This document shows, piece after piece, positions 26,292 to 37,397 of a stretch of DNA of 64,000 bases. Position 1 is the stretch's first letter, and every line of letters begins with the position of its first letter. The position numbers and the translations under genes were made by a program. Source of the DNA: Pseudomonadota bacterium. Its GTDB lineage: Bacteria; Desulfobacterota; Desulfovibrionia; Desulfovibrionales; Desulfovibrionaceae. The notes beneath the pieces are model-generated. The model made no database searches. It was not told the origin of the DNA and was given only the letters and a program-made list of their open reading frames with translations. The stretch covers positions 23,377-87,376 of the forward strand of contig JAHJLB010000033.1 in NCBI GenBank assembly GCA_018822105.1, in the 5' to 3' direction.

Positions 26292-27407
26292 ATGACCACC
26301 GGCGCCAGGGACAGCCGCGCGCAGGGGCGCGACCTGAGAACCAGGGTTCTCTGGATCAGCGTTATCTGTGCGGCTTCCCTGGCGTCCGGCATAGTGGCCT
26401 GCGGCCTGGGCAGTTTTCCCAGCACCCCGGCCCAGACCCTCATCGCCCTGCTCCAGGCCTTGGGCCTTGGCGCGGGCCAGTCCGTGGACCCGGCCCTGTC
26501 CGTGGTGGTGGTGGACATCCGCCTGGCGCGTGTGGCCCTGGCCTGGCTCACGGGCGCGAGCCTGGCCGTGGCCGGGTGCGTGTTCCAGGGCGTGCTGAGA
26601 AACCCCCTGGCCGACGCCTTCACCCTCGGCGTGTCCGGCGGCGCGGCCTTCGGGGCCTCGGTGGCCATCCTCTCGGGGCTGGGGTCCGGCCTGGCGGGCG
26701 GGACCTTTCTCGCCGCAATGGGCGGCGGGGCCGGCATCCTGCCCGTGTTCGCCCTGGCCGGGGCCCTGCTGGCCCTGGCCGCCGTGCTGGCCCTGGGCCG
26801 GGCGGGCGGCGGAGCGGACGGCGGCCTGCGCCGCGAAACCCTGGTCCTGGCGGGCATCGTGGTCTCCACCTTCCTCTCGGCCCTTATCTCGCTCCTGAAG
26901 AGCCTGGACGAAGAGAGCGTGGCCAGCATCGTCTTCTGGATCATGGGCAGCTTCCAGGGCCGCGGCTTCGAGCACGTGCGCCTGGCCCTGCCTTACATGG
27001 CCGTGGGCCTGGGGCTGGTGGCCTGGCGCGCGCGGGAGCTGGACCTCCTGTCCCTGGGCGAGTCCCAGGCGCGGATGCTCGGCCTGGACGCCGGACGCTC
27101 CAGGCTGTGGCTGCTCGTGGGCGCGAGCCTGCTCTCCGGGGCGGCCGTGGCCGTCTCCGGGGTCATCGGCTTCGTGGGGCTGGTGGTGCCGCACCTTCTG
27201 CGCCAGGTGGTGGGCGCTGGGCATCGCACCCTGCTTCCGGCCTCGGCCTTCCTGGGCGGGCTGCTGCTCCTGTGGAGCGACGTGCTGGCGCGCAGCATCC
27301 TGCCCGGCGGCGCGGAGCTGCCCGTGGGCGTGGTCACGGCGCTCCTCGGCGGGCCGTTCTTCTGCCTGCTCCTGGGCCGGTCCGCACGCCTGGGGAGGGG
27401 CGCATGA
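26292..27407 (+). CDS. FecCD-family ABC permease (BtuC-like corrinoid/iron-chelate type)
   Basis: 371 aa, polytopic. LRNPLADAFTLGVSGGAAFG and GVIGFVGLVVPHLLR motifs. Confidence 0.85.
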   Translation: MTTGARDSRAQGRDLRTRVLWISVICAASLASGIVACGLGSFPSTPAQTLIALLQALGLGAGQSVDPALSVVVVDIRLARVALAWLTGASLAVAGCVFQGVLRNPLADAFTLGVSGGAAFGASVAILSGLGSGLAGGTFLAAMGGGAGILPVFALAGALLALAAVLALGRAGGGADGGLRRETLVLAGIVVSTFLSALISLLKSLDEESVASIVFWIMGSFQGRGFEHVRLALPYMAVGLGLVAWRARELDLLSLGESQARMLGLDAGRSRLWLLVGASLLSGAAVAVSGVIGFVGLVVPHLLRQVVGAGHRTLLPASAFLGGLLLLWSDVLARSILPGGAELPVGVVTALLGGPFFCLLLGRSARLGRGA

Positions 27408-28207
27408 TCCGCGTCACGGCCCTGCGCTGCGGCTATGGCCACGCTGGCGGGTGGCGGGAGGCGCTCCACGGCGTCGACCTGCGCCTGGCGCGCGGCGAGA
27501 TGGTGGGCCTGCTCGGCCCCAACGGCTCGGGCAAGACCACCCTGCTCTCGGCCCTGGCCGGGCTTGTGCCCGTCAAGGCCGGGGGCATCGAGGTGGGGGG
27601 GGCGGACATCAGCCGCCTTTCGCCCCGGCAGCGCGCCCTGCGCGTGTCCTGCGTGCCGCAGCGCGCCGAGGTTGCGCCGGGCTTCAGCGTGCGCGAGCTG
27701 GTGCTCATGGGCCGCTTTGCGCACACGGGCCTGCTTTCCGGCTACGGCCCGGAGGACCACGCCGCGGCCGAGGCAGCCCTTGGGGACGTTCACGCCCTGG
27801 ACCTGGCCGAGCGCCAGGCCGCGGAGCTTTCCGGCGGGGAGCTCCAGCGGGTGCTGCTGGCCCGCGCCCTGGCCCAGGGCCGCGAGCTGCTGCTTTTGGA
27901 CGAGGCCGCCTCGGCCCTGGACATGGCCCGCCGGGTGGAGGCCTACGACCTCCTGGCCGCGCTGCACGAAAGCGGCAGCACCATCCTTTCGGCCATGCAC
28001 GACCTGAATCTGGCCGCCCTGTACTGCCCGCGCCTGGTGTTCCTGAAGCGGGGCCGCATCGCCCTGGACGGGCCGACCACGGAGATATTCACGGAATCGA
28101 ACCTGAAGGACATCTATGAGACGGACATCCGCGTGGCGGCGCACCCGGTCACCGGCGCGCCCCAGGCCCTTCTGGTGCCTGGCGCTCGCGCTGCTGCTCT
28201 GGGCTGA
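27404..28207 (+). CDS. ABC transporter ATP-binding protein (BtuD/FepC-like)
   Basis: ATG 27404 overlaps the permease stop. GPNGSGKTTLL, LSGGELQRV, LLLLDEAASALD. Confidence 0.85.
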   Translation: MIRVTALRCGYGHAGGWREALHGVDLRLARGEMVGLLGPNGSGKTTLLSALAGLVPVKAGGIEVGGADISRLSPRQRALRVSCVPQRAEVAPGFSVRELVLMGRFAHTGLLSGYGPEDHAAAEAALGDVHALDLAERQAAELSGGELQRVLLARALAQGRELLLLDEAASALDMARRVEAYDLLAALHESGSTILSAMHDLNLAALYCPRLVFLKRGRIALDGPTTEIFTESNLKDIYETDIRVAAHPVTGAPQALLVPGARAAALG

Positions 28208-29099
28208 CCCGGCCCTGGCGGCCGGGCCCGCGGCAGGGGTCAGCGTCACCGACGACCAGGGCCAGGCCATCGCCCTTGCGCGCCCGGCCCGGCGCGTCAT
28301 CGCGCTGTACGGGGCCTTCAACGAGATCCTGGACGGCCTGGGCCTGGCGCATGCAATCGTGGCGCGCACCAGCGCCGACAGGCTGCCCGCGGGCATCGCG
28401 CGGCTGCCGGTCATCGGCACGCACATGCGCCCGAACATCGAGGCCGTGCTGGCCCAAAGGCCCGACCTGGTGCTCCAGCTGGCGGGCCGCAAGGAGGCCT
28501 CCCTGCCCGTGGAGGCCCTGAGGAGGCACGGGCTGCGCGTGGCCGTGTTCCACGCGTCGACCTTCGCCGAGCTGTTCAGCGTCATCCGCCGCGTGGGGGT
28601 GCTCACCGGGGCCCAGGACCGGGCCGAGGACATGGTGCGCGGCCTGGAGGCGCGCCTGGACGCCCTGGACGCCAGGCTCGCCGCCACAGCCGAACGGCCG
28701 CGCGTGTTCTTCGAGGTGCGCTCGCCGAACATGCTGGCCGCCGGGCAGGCGGGCCTGGTGGGGGAGATCATCCGCCGCGCCGGGGGCGAGAACTGCGTGC
28801 AGGACAGGGCCAAGTTCGCACGCCTGGGCGAGGAGGAGATCATCCGCCTGGAGCCTGCGGCCTACCTCATCCAGCGCGGCCCCATGAACCCGGCGCCGCT
28901 GGCCCTGGACAGGCGCCCGCGCCTGCGCGCCATCCCCGCCGCCCAAAACGGCCGGGCCTGGTTCGTGGACGAGCAGAAGTACTCGCGGCCCGGCCCGCGC
29001 AACGTCGACGCCGCGGAGGAGCTGGCGCTGCTGCTGCACCCGGAGCTCAAAGGCCCGGCCCTCCTTCAGACGAAACCAACACGCAAGGACAGGAAATGA
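28116..29099 (+). CDS. Periplasmic substrate-binding protein (BtuF-like, cluster A type 2)
   Basis: 327 aa. Arg-rich N-terminus plus hydrophobic signal ...FWCLALALLLWADPALA. The only ATG/GTG start overlaps the ATPase gene by 92 nt. Confidence 0.75.
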   Translation: MRRTSAWRRTRSPARPRPFWCLALALLLWADPALAAGPAAGVSVTDDQGQAIALARPARRVIALYGAFNEILDGLGLAHAIVARTSADRLPAGIARLPVIGTHMRPNIEAVLAQRPDLVLQLAGRKEASLPVEALRRHGLRVAVFHASTFAELFSVIRRVGVLTGAQDRAEDMVRGLEARLDALDARLAATAERPRVFFEVRSPNMLAAGQAGLVGEIIRRAGGENCVQDRAKFARLGEEEIIRLEPAAYLIQRGPMNPAPLALDRRPRLRAIPAAQNGRAWFVDEQKYSRPGPRNVDAAEELALLLHPELKGPALLQTKPTRKDRK

Positions 29100-29802
29100 C
29101 CCGCTACGGAACACTCTTCGGCATCGGCGTGGGCCCCGGCGACCCGGAGCTCATCACCTTGAAGGCCGTGAACAGGCTGAAGAAGGTCGATGTGGTCTTC
29201 GCCGCCGCCTCCACCAGGAACGAGGCCTCCCTGGCCCAGAGCATCGCCGCCCCGCACCTGCGGCCCGGGGTCGAGGTCATCCGCCTGGACTTCCCCATGA
29301 CCCGGGACGAGGCCGTGCTGGAAAAGGCCTGGCGCACCAACGCCGACATCGTGGCCGGGCAGCTGGCCCTGGGCAGGTCCGCCGCGTTCCTGACCCTGGG
29401 CGACCCGCTGACGTACAGCACCTTCGGCTACCTCCTGCGCACCCTGAACGGCCTCTTGTCCGAGATCCAGGTGCAGGTCATCCCGGGCATCACCAGCTAC
29501 CAGGCCGCCGCGGCGCATACGAACCGGGTGCTGGCCGAAAGCGGCGAGAGCCTGGCCGTGGTCTCGGGCGTGGCTTCCGAGGACGAGCTGACGCGCATCC
29601 TGTCCGCAGCGGATTCAGCGGTGATTTTGAAGGCCTACAAGAACCTGCCGGCCATCCGCCGGGTGCTGACCAAGCTGGGCCTGGCCGACTCGGCCGTGTT
29701 CGTCACCCGCCTGGGGCACGAGGGCGAGGAGGTCATTACCGGCCTCAATAACGTGCCGGACAAGCCGAGCTATTTCTCGCTGGTCCTGGTGCGGCGGGGA
29801 GG

Positions 29803-29806
<4 letters not shown>
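29096..29806 (+). CDS. cbiL: Precorrin-2 / cobalt-factor II C20-methyltransferase
   Basis: GIGVGPGDPELITLKAV...FLTLGDPLTYSTF...IPGITS. ATGA overlap with the preceding gene. Confidence 0.85.
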
Positions 29807-31857
<2,051 letters not shown>

Positions 31858-31921
31858 GAGCACCTCCAAGTATGGAGATCGTTATCAGAAATGCGCGCGC
31901 CGCCGCAAGGGGCTCCCCCCG

Positions 31922-32040
31922 CTATTCCACCAGCAGCATGTGCAGATCGCAGACGTTGGTCATGGTCGGGCCGGTCTTGTACAGGCCCCGGGTGGCCGCG
32001 AAGAAGTGGTAGGAGTCGTTGGCCTTGAGCGCGGCGTGCG
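31922..32040 (-). pseudogene. Possible 3' gene remnant (about 40 protein-like codons, no usable start)
   Basis: ...VTHAALKANDSYHFFAATRGLYKTGPTMTNVCDLHMLLVE*. Upstream in the same frame is Pro/Arg-rich and overlaps the next gene. Confidence 0.2.
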
Positions 32041-32463
32041 TTACCTCTTCCGGCGGGCAATGGCCCAGGCCGCAAGGCGCGGCCCGAAGTACAGGGTCAA
32101 AAGCACCAGCACCCAGAGGCGCCCGGCCAGGAGGTTGTAGTCCGCCAGCAGGATCTGCCAGGACAGGCCGCGGACGTAGCGGCCGAAGCCGAACTCGAAG
32201 GCGATTGTCAGGATGGTCCAGAACAGGCCCAGAAGCGCGAGGCGGACGCGGGTGCGGGGGCTGCGCAGGTCGGCCCGGGGAAAGAAGCGGCCCACGAACC
32301 AGTGGATGACACCCAGGAACAGGGCGCAACCGGCAAGGGTGCCCAGCACATGGGCCACGCCCTCGCCCGCGAGCGGCTGCAGGAGCAGCACGCGCAGCGC
32401 GCCCAGGCCCACGGCCAGCGCGGCCAGGCCCAGCCAGGTCAGGATTGCGTAGGCCCAGAACAT
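32041..32463 (-). CDS. Four-TM membrane protein, unknown function
   Basis: ATG 32463. MFWAYAILTWLGLAALAVGLGAL...WVLVLLTLYFGPRLAAWAIARRKR. It is the only protein-like part of track ORF 32041..34890. Confidence 0.65.
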   Translation of the reverse strand: MFWAYAILTWLGLAALAVGLGALRVLLLQPLAGEGVAHVLGTLAGCALFLGVIHWFVGRFFPRADLRSPRTRVRLALLGLFWTILTIAFEFGFGRYVRGLSWQILLADYNLLAGRLWVLVLLTLYFGPRLAAWAIARRKR

Positions 32464-32474
32464 GCAGATCCCCC

Positions 32475-34814
32475 CTAGCCCAGGGCGTGGACGCGCGGGC
32501 CCTGGGCCGTGTCCTCCACGCGGTAGCCGCTGGCGGCCAGCTTCTCGCGCAGGGCGTCGGAGGCCGCGAAGTCCTTGGCCTGGCGCGCGGCCTGCCGCGC
32601 GGCCACCAGGGCGCGCACGTCCTCGGGCAGGCAGTCGCAGGCGATGGGCATCTGGCCCAGGTCCAGGATGCCCAGCACCGTGTCCGCGGCCTCCAGCTGG
32701 TGCAGGCACTGGCCCGCGGCCGCGCCGGAAAGCCCGCCCGCGGCCAGCCAGCCGTTGACGAGCTTCACGAAGGTGAACAGCTTGGGCCAGTAGCGGTGCA
32801 GGGACAGGTCGTCCTCCAGGGCCGCGGCCAGGCCGGCCTTGAGGTCGAACACGGCCTGGGCCACATCCTCGGACACGTCCGCCGCCCTGGGCCTGCCCTT
32901 GGCCGGGGCCTCCCCGGCGGCCAGGCGCAGCCCGCAGGCGGCCTCCTGGACCTTGTGCCAGTTGCGCGCCCACATGGACAGGCTCTGCCTGGATGCGGCC
33001 AGGGGCTTGTGGTAGTCTGCGGAGAGCAGCCACAGGCGCAGGGCCCCCGCCTGTCCGCCGGCGGGGCCGCCGGCCTGGGCCATGAGCTCGTCCAGGCTCA
33101 GGGCAACGCCCTCCTCGCGGGCCAGCTTCCTGTCCGCCAGCCAGGCCCGCGGCTCCACGCCCGCCGCGCTCCAGAGGGCGCGCAGGTTCTCCAGGTGCGG
33201 GAACTGGTGGTCCTCTCCGGCCACCAGCACGTCCACCCGGCCCAGGGCGGAGAGCCCGGCCACGGCCACCTGCACGAACCAGCTGGGCCGCACGTTGCCC
33301 CACTCGGTCTCGACGACGTCGCCCAGCTTCAGGTCCTGCAGGCTGGCGCGCTTGAGCAGGGTGAAGTCCAGGGGGTTGTCCTTCACGTAGTCGCCCAGGT
33401 CCACGGTCTTGCCCACGGAGAGCATGTCCATGTCCATGAGCCGCATGTTGCCGTAGCGGGCGTCGCGGCGCACGTCGAAATACACGCTCCTGAGCTTCTC
33501 GTAGGCCTGGCCCTTGCCCAGGAGCTTGCGGCAGAGGTCCAGGGCCTGGGGCACCGAGGACGAGGCCGGCTCGAAGACGGTCTCCGGCAGCAGGCGCAGG
33601 GCCTTGGCCCGGGCCCTGATGCGCTCCGTGACCCCGGCGACGTACTCCGCGCGGGACTGCCCCGCGGCCCGGGCCGAGGACAGGGTGCGGTCGTCCAGGT
33701 CGGCCAGGCCCACGGCGTGGCGCACCGTGGCCCCGCGCGCGGCCAGATGCCGGGCCAGGACATCGGAGAGCACCAGCCGCCGCCAGACGTCCGGGTCGTC
33801 CGGGTCGTCCAGGCTGGGGCCGATGGTGTAGATGTTCAGGGGGCCCGCGGCGTCCACCAGGGCCTTCTTGCCCGTGGCCAGGTTCATCAGGCGCAGGCCG
33901 TCCAGGGCCTTGGGCGCGAACAGCGGGGTGGACAGGTAGCGCTCGCCGTTGTCCGGAAAGATGACCACGATGTAGCCGCCCTGGCCTTCGGCCTCCAGGC
34001 TGGCGGCCAGCTGAAGCGCCCCGGCCATGGCCGCGCCGGAGCTCATGCCCACGAACAGGCCCTCCTCCCGCGCCAGCTGGCGGCAGGTGGAGAAGGCCTG
34101 CTCGTCCTCCACGTGGAGGATCTGGTCCAGGGCCTTCTTGTTGTAGATGCCCGGCGGATAGGACTCGTGCATGTTCTTCAGGCCCTGGATCTTGTGCCCG
34201 GCAAAGGGCTCCACGGCCACCACCCTGACCCCGGGGTGCTCGTGCAGGCGCTTGGCCAGGCCCATGGCCGTGCCCGAGGTGCCCAGGGTGGCCACGGCGT
34301 GGGTCACCTCGCCGCCGGTCTGCTCCCAGATCTCCAGCCCCGTGCCGTTGTAGTGGGCCTCGATGCTGGCGGGGTTGTTGAACTGGTCCATGAGCACGTA
34401 GGTGTCCGGCTCGGTGCGGGCCAGGCGGTAGGCCTCCTCGATGGCCCCGTCGGTGCCCATGCGGCCCGGGGTCAGGCGTATCTCCGCGCCGTAGCCGCGC
34501 ATGATGCGCTTGCGCTCCTCGCTGGCCGAGTCGGGCATGAGCAGGAGGATCTTGTAGCCCTTCACCGCGGCCACCATGGCCAGGCCCACGCCGGTGTTGC
34601 CGCTGGTGGCCTCGATGATGGTCTTGCCGGGCTTGAGCTCGCCGGAGCGCTCCGCCGCCTCGATCATGGCCACGGCCACGCGGTCCTTGATGGACCCGCC
34701 GGGATTCATGGACTCGAGCTTCGCCATGATTTTGACGTTGGCATGCGGGTTCAGGCGGCGGATCTCCACCAGGGGCGTGTTGCCCACGAGCCTCAATATG
34801 TCCGTGCGCTGCAT
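32475..34814 (-). CDS. Cysteine synthase (CysK/CysM-type PLP enzyme) fused to a full-length but motif-degenerate cysteinyl-tRNA synthetase-like module
   Basis: ATG 34814 (AAGGAA upstream). N-terminal part: GNTPLVEI...NPGGSIKDR...TSGNTG...GTSGT. C-terminal ~470 aa are colinear with CysRS (NPLDFTLLKRA, FPHLEN, DALREKLAASGYRVEDTAQGPRV) but lack HIGH and KMSKS. Confidence 0.85.
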   Translation of the reverse strand: MQRTDILRLVGNTPLVEIRRLNPHANVKIMAKLESMNPGGSIKDRVAVAMIEAAERSGELKPGKTIIEATSGNTGVGLAMVAAVKGYKILLLMPDSASEERKRIMRGYGAEIRLTPGRMGTDGAIEEAYRLARTEPDTYVLMDQFNNPASIEAHYNGTGLEIWEQTGGEVTHAVATLGTSGTAMGLAKRLHEHPGVRVVAVEPFAGHKIQGLKNMHESYPPGIYNKKALDQILHVEDEQAFSTCRQLAREEGLFVGMSSGAAMAGALQLAASLEAEGQGGYIVVIFPDNGERYLSTPLFAPKALDGLRLMNLATGKKALVDAAGPLNIYTIGPSLDDPDDPDVWRRLVLSDVLARHLAARGATVRHAVGLADLDDRTLSSARAAGQSRAEYVAGVTERIRARAKALRLLPETVFEPASSSVPQALDLCRKLLGKGQAYEKLRSVYFDVRRDARYGNMRLMDMDMLSVGKTVDLGDYVKDNPLDFTLLKRASLQDLKLGDVVETEWGNVRPSWFVQVAVAGLSALGRVDVLVAGEDHQFPHLENLRALWSAAGVEPRAWLADRKLAREEGVALSLDELMAQAGGPAGGQAGALRLWLLSADYHKPLAASRQSLSMWARNWHKVQEAACGLRLAAGEAPAKGRPRAADVSEDVAQAVFDLKAGLAAALEDDLSLHRYWPKLFTFVKLVNGWLAAGGLSGAAAGQCLHQLEAADTVLGILDLGQMPIACDCLPEDVRALVAARQAARQAKDFAASDALREKLAASGYRVEDTAQGPRVHALG

Positions 34815-34904
34815 GGCTGTTCCTTGGGTTGCGGGCCGGCGGCCCCCTGGGAGGCGCTGGCCCGCGAATTGCATTTCCTTCCCCAAACACAAGGGGTCGG
34901 CCTG

Positions 34905-36674
34905 ATGACTGCGTATCCGCATTTAAGAGAAAACATCACTGCCCTTGAGCGTGCCAACCCGGCGCTGTACGCTTGGCTCTCAAAATTCGCCTTCGACGAA
35001 GAATCCCTGAAAACGGGCGTCTTTGTCAACCAATGGGGGCTCATCGACTGGCGCATGCCCTGCGGCGCGGGCATCTTCGAGGCCCTGCCGCCCGCCGGGC
35101 TGTACCGCGAATGGCTGGACATCGAAAAGCCGGACCTCTCGGCCACGGTCATCATCGGCACCAACCTTGGCTACGGCCTGAACCACGTCCTCGTCAACAC
35201 GCCGGACACCCACAAGGTGCTCGTTGTGGAGCCGAACCCCGCCGTGCTCCTGGCCTGCCTGGGCCAGACCGACTACCGCCCGTTCATGGACAACATGAAG
35301 CTGCACTTCGTCCTGCCCACGGAGGAATACCTCGCCGAGGTCGTGAAGAACCTCGACCTGCAGTACGTCTACGGAAAAATTTACCTGCGCGCGGACCTGC
35401 CCAGCCGCCAGATCGGCCCGGAGTACGCCCAGTGGATGAACACCGTCAAAAACCGCCTGGAGAACTTCAGCGTGGAGATGGTCACCCTGCGCCTGCGCCA
35501 GGACGTCATGGTCGGCAATGAGCTGAAGAACTACCGCCGCGCCCTCACCGACGGCAACCTCAAGTGCCTGAAGGACAGCGCCGCAGGCGTGAGCGCCGTG
35601 ATCCTGGGCGCCGGCCCGTCCATCAGCCAGTTCGCCCCGGAGCTGGTGAAGAACCGCGGCTACGCCCTGTACGTCACGGCCCTGCAGACCCTGCCGGTGC
35701 TCCGGCCCTATGACCTCAAGCCCGATTTCTGCCTGGCCCTGGACTACGACGACAGCATGCTCTCCCTCTACGACCGCCTGGACATGGACTGGGCGAAGGA
35801 CATCCCCCTCATCTACTCCACCAAGGTCAACCCCGAGGTCGTGAGCCGCTATCCCGGCCCCACGCTGCCCCTGTGGACCCTGGGCGGCCTGGCCACCTTC
35901 GTGCTCCAGGACCGCGAATTCGTCCTCGACGCGGGCGGCAACGTCTCCGTCACCCTGGTGCGCCTGCTGCGCTGGATGGGCATCAGCGGCATCCTCATGG
36001 CCGGCCAGGACTTCGCCTGGAAGGGCGAGGTGACCCACGCCGAAGGCCACCACGCCCGGCCCTACACCATGCAGTTCGACCCCCAGCGCCACCAGGTCCT
36101 GAAGAACCTCTGGGGCGAGGACATCTACTCCAGCGTCCAGTACCTGACCAGCAAGCGCGACCTGGAGAACGACATCAAGAAGTCGCCCTTCCGCATCTAC
36201 AACCTCTATGGCGGCGGGGCCATCATCGAGGGCGCGCCCGCCCTGACCCTGGGCGAGGCCCAGACCAAGGGCTGCCTGGCCTCGGCCCCGGGCAGCAAGG
36301 AGCGCTTTCTCAAGCTCCTGGCCCAGGCCCGCACCCCCGGGCAGGACATCTGCTTTGAGCCGCGCAGCCACATCTGGACCAATTCCATTCGCAACGTGGA
36401 AAAGCGCCTGCACAGGCTGTTCAAGCACAGCAGCGCCAACCAGGAGCAAGTGCACAACCTCCTGGAGCAGGCCCTGTTCTTCGTGCGCCAGGATCCGCTC
36501 TACCTGCCCTACCTGTTCAACGAGACCCTGGACCTGGCCGGGCTGGCCAAGACCCGGCGCAGCTACGAGCACAAGGACCAGTTGGAGTTCAAGCGCATCG
36601 CCAGGAGCATCCTGGCCAAGGTGCGCGAGGTGGACCGCTGCGTGGCCGGGCTGGGCCGCCACAAGGCCGCCTGA
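34905..36674 (+). CDS. Motility-accessory-factor (Maf) / DUF115 MptE-like family protein
   Basis: ATG 34905. AVILGAGPSISQF...YVTALQTLPVLRPYDLKPDFCLALDYDD. Only the last 590 codons of the 1409-aa track ORF are protein-like. Confidence 0.75.
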   Translation: MTAYPHLRENITALERANPALYAWLSKFAFDEESLKTGVFVNQWGLIDWRMPCGAGIFEALPPAGLYREWLDIEKPDLSATVIIGTNLGYGLNHVLVNTPDTHKVLVVEPNPAVLLACLGQTDYRPFMDNMKLHFVLPTEEYLAEVVKNLDLQYVYGKIYLRADLPSRQIGPEYAQWMNTVKNRLENFSVEMVTLRLRQDVMVGNELKNYRRALTDGNLKCLKDSAAGVSAVILGAGPSISQFAPELVKNRGYALYVTALQTLPVLRPYDLKPDFCLALDYDDSMLSLYDRLDMDWAKDIPLIYSTKVNPEVVSRYPGPTLPLWTLGGLATFVLQDREFVLDAGGNVSVTLVRLLRWMGISGILMAGQDFAWKGEVTHAEGHHARPYTMQFDPQRHQVLKNLWGEDIYSSVQYLTSKRDLENDIKKSPFRIYNLYGGGAIIEGAPALTLGEAQTKGCLASAPGSKERFLKLLAQARTPGQDICFEPRSHIWTNSIRNVEKRLHRLFKHSSANQEQVHNLLEQALFFVRQDPLYLPYLFNETLDLAGLAKTRRSYEHKDQLEFKRIARSILAKVREVDRCVAGLGRHKAA

Positions 36675-36696
36675 ACTTCAGGAATACCTGATTGTT

Positions 36697-36734
36697 GCGC
36701 CCGCCGGGAACCCTTCCGGCGGGCGCTTCCTTGT
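36697..36734 (+). terminator. Intrinsic terminator
   Basis: GCGCCCGCCGG / CCGGCGGGCGC 11-bp stem followed by TTCCTTGT. Confidence 0.6.
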
Positions 36735-36779
36735 CCCCGGCCGGGTTGCATGCGCCCCGGATTCGCCCTATAAGGCCGC

Positions 36780-37397
36780 ATGTCGAGTCGCACCCCCTCC
36801 CCCCTGGCCGCCTGGGCCCTTTTGTCCCTGCCGCTGCTCCTGGCCCTGGGGGCCTTCTACGGCTTCCTCGGCTCCGAAGACGCCATCAACGCGCATTTCA
36901 GCGCCTGGCGGCCCGAGCACCCCGCCGCCGTGACCGCCCTCAAGCTCTGCACCGACTGGGGCAACCCGGCCTTCTACCTCGTCTACGCGGGCATCCTGGC
37001 GCGCGGGCTCATGGCCCGCCGCCGCGACCTGACCATGATGGCCCTGGGCTGGCTGGCCGCGCAGCTCCTGGTGTCCCTGGCCCTGGAGCGCCTGCTGAAG
37101 ACCGCCATCGGCCGGCCCCGTCCCGATGTGGGCGGCCCCTTCCGGCCCTGGTCCCTTGACGCCGGGCACCACTCCCTGCCCTCGGGCCACACCACGGAGA
37201 TCCTGGTGCAGACCCTGCCCCTGGCCCTGCGCGCCGGGGCCTGGCTGGCCCCTCTCGGCCTGGGCCTCGTGGCCGGCGCCATGGGCGCGAGCCGCGTGCT
37301 CCTGGGCTGGCACCACCCAACCGACGTCCTGGCCGGCTGGCTGCTGGGCAGCCTGGGCGGAGCCCTGGCGCACCGCCTGGCGAGGAGATGGACATGA
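36780..37397 (+). CDS. PAP2-family membrane phosphatase
   Basis: Acid-phosphatase motifs KTAIGRPRP, PSGH and SRVLLGWHHPTD. Confidence 0.85.
   Translation: MSSRTPSPLAAWALLSLPLLLALGAFYGFLGSEDAINAHFSAWRPEHPAAVTALKLCTDWGNPAFYLVYAGILARGLMARRRDLTMMALGWLAAQLLVSLALERLLKTAIGRPRPDVGGPFRPWSLDAGHHSLPSGHTTEILVQTLPLALRAGAWLAPLGLGLVAGAMGASRVLLGWHHPTDVLAGWLLGSLGGALAHRLARRWT

Noticed and set aside
24689-28843. Minus-strand ORFs 24689..26944 (751 aa) and 26993..28843 (616 aa).
   Set aside because: They are antisense to cheA-like, cbiK and the ABC transporter genes. They have an Arg/Pro/Ala/Ser-rich composition, no SD sequences and no motifs.
32445-34904. The first ~820 codons of the 1409-aa plus-strand ORF 32445..36674.
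   Set aside because: Only the part from ATG 34905 (Maf family) is protein-like. The upstream part is antisense to the CysK-CysRS-like gene and is Gly/Ala/His/Leu/Gln-biased.
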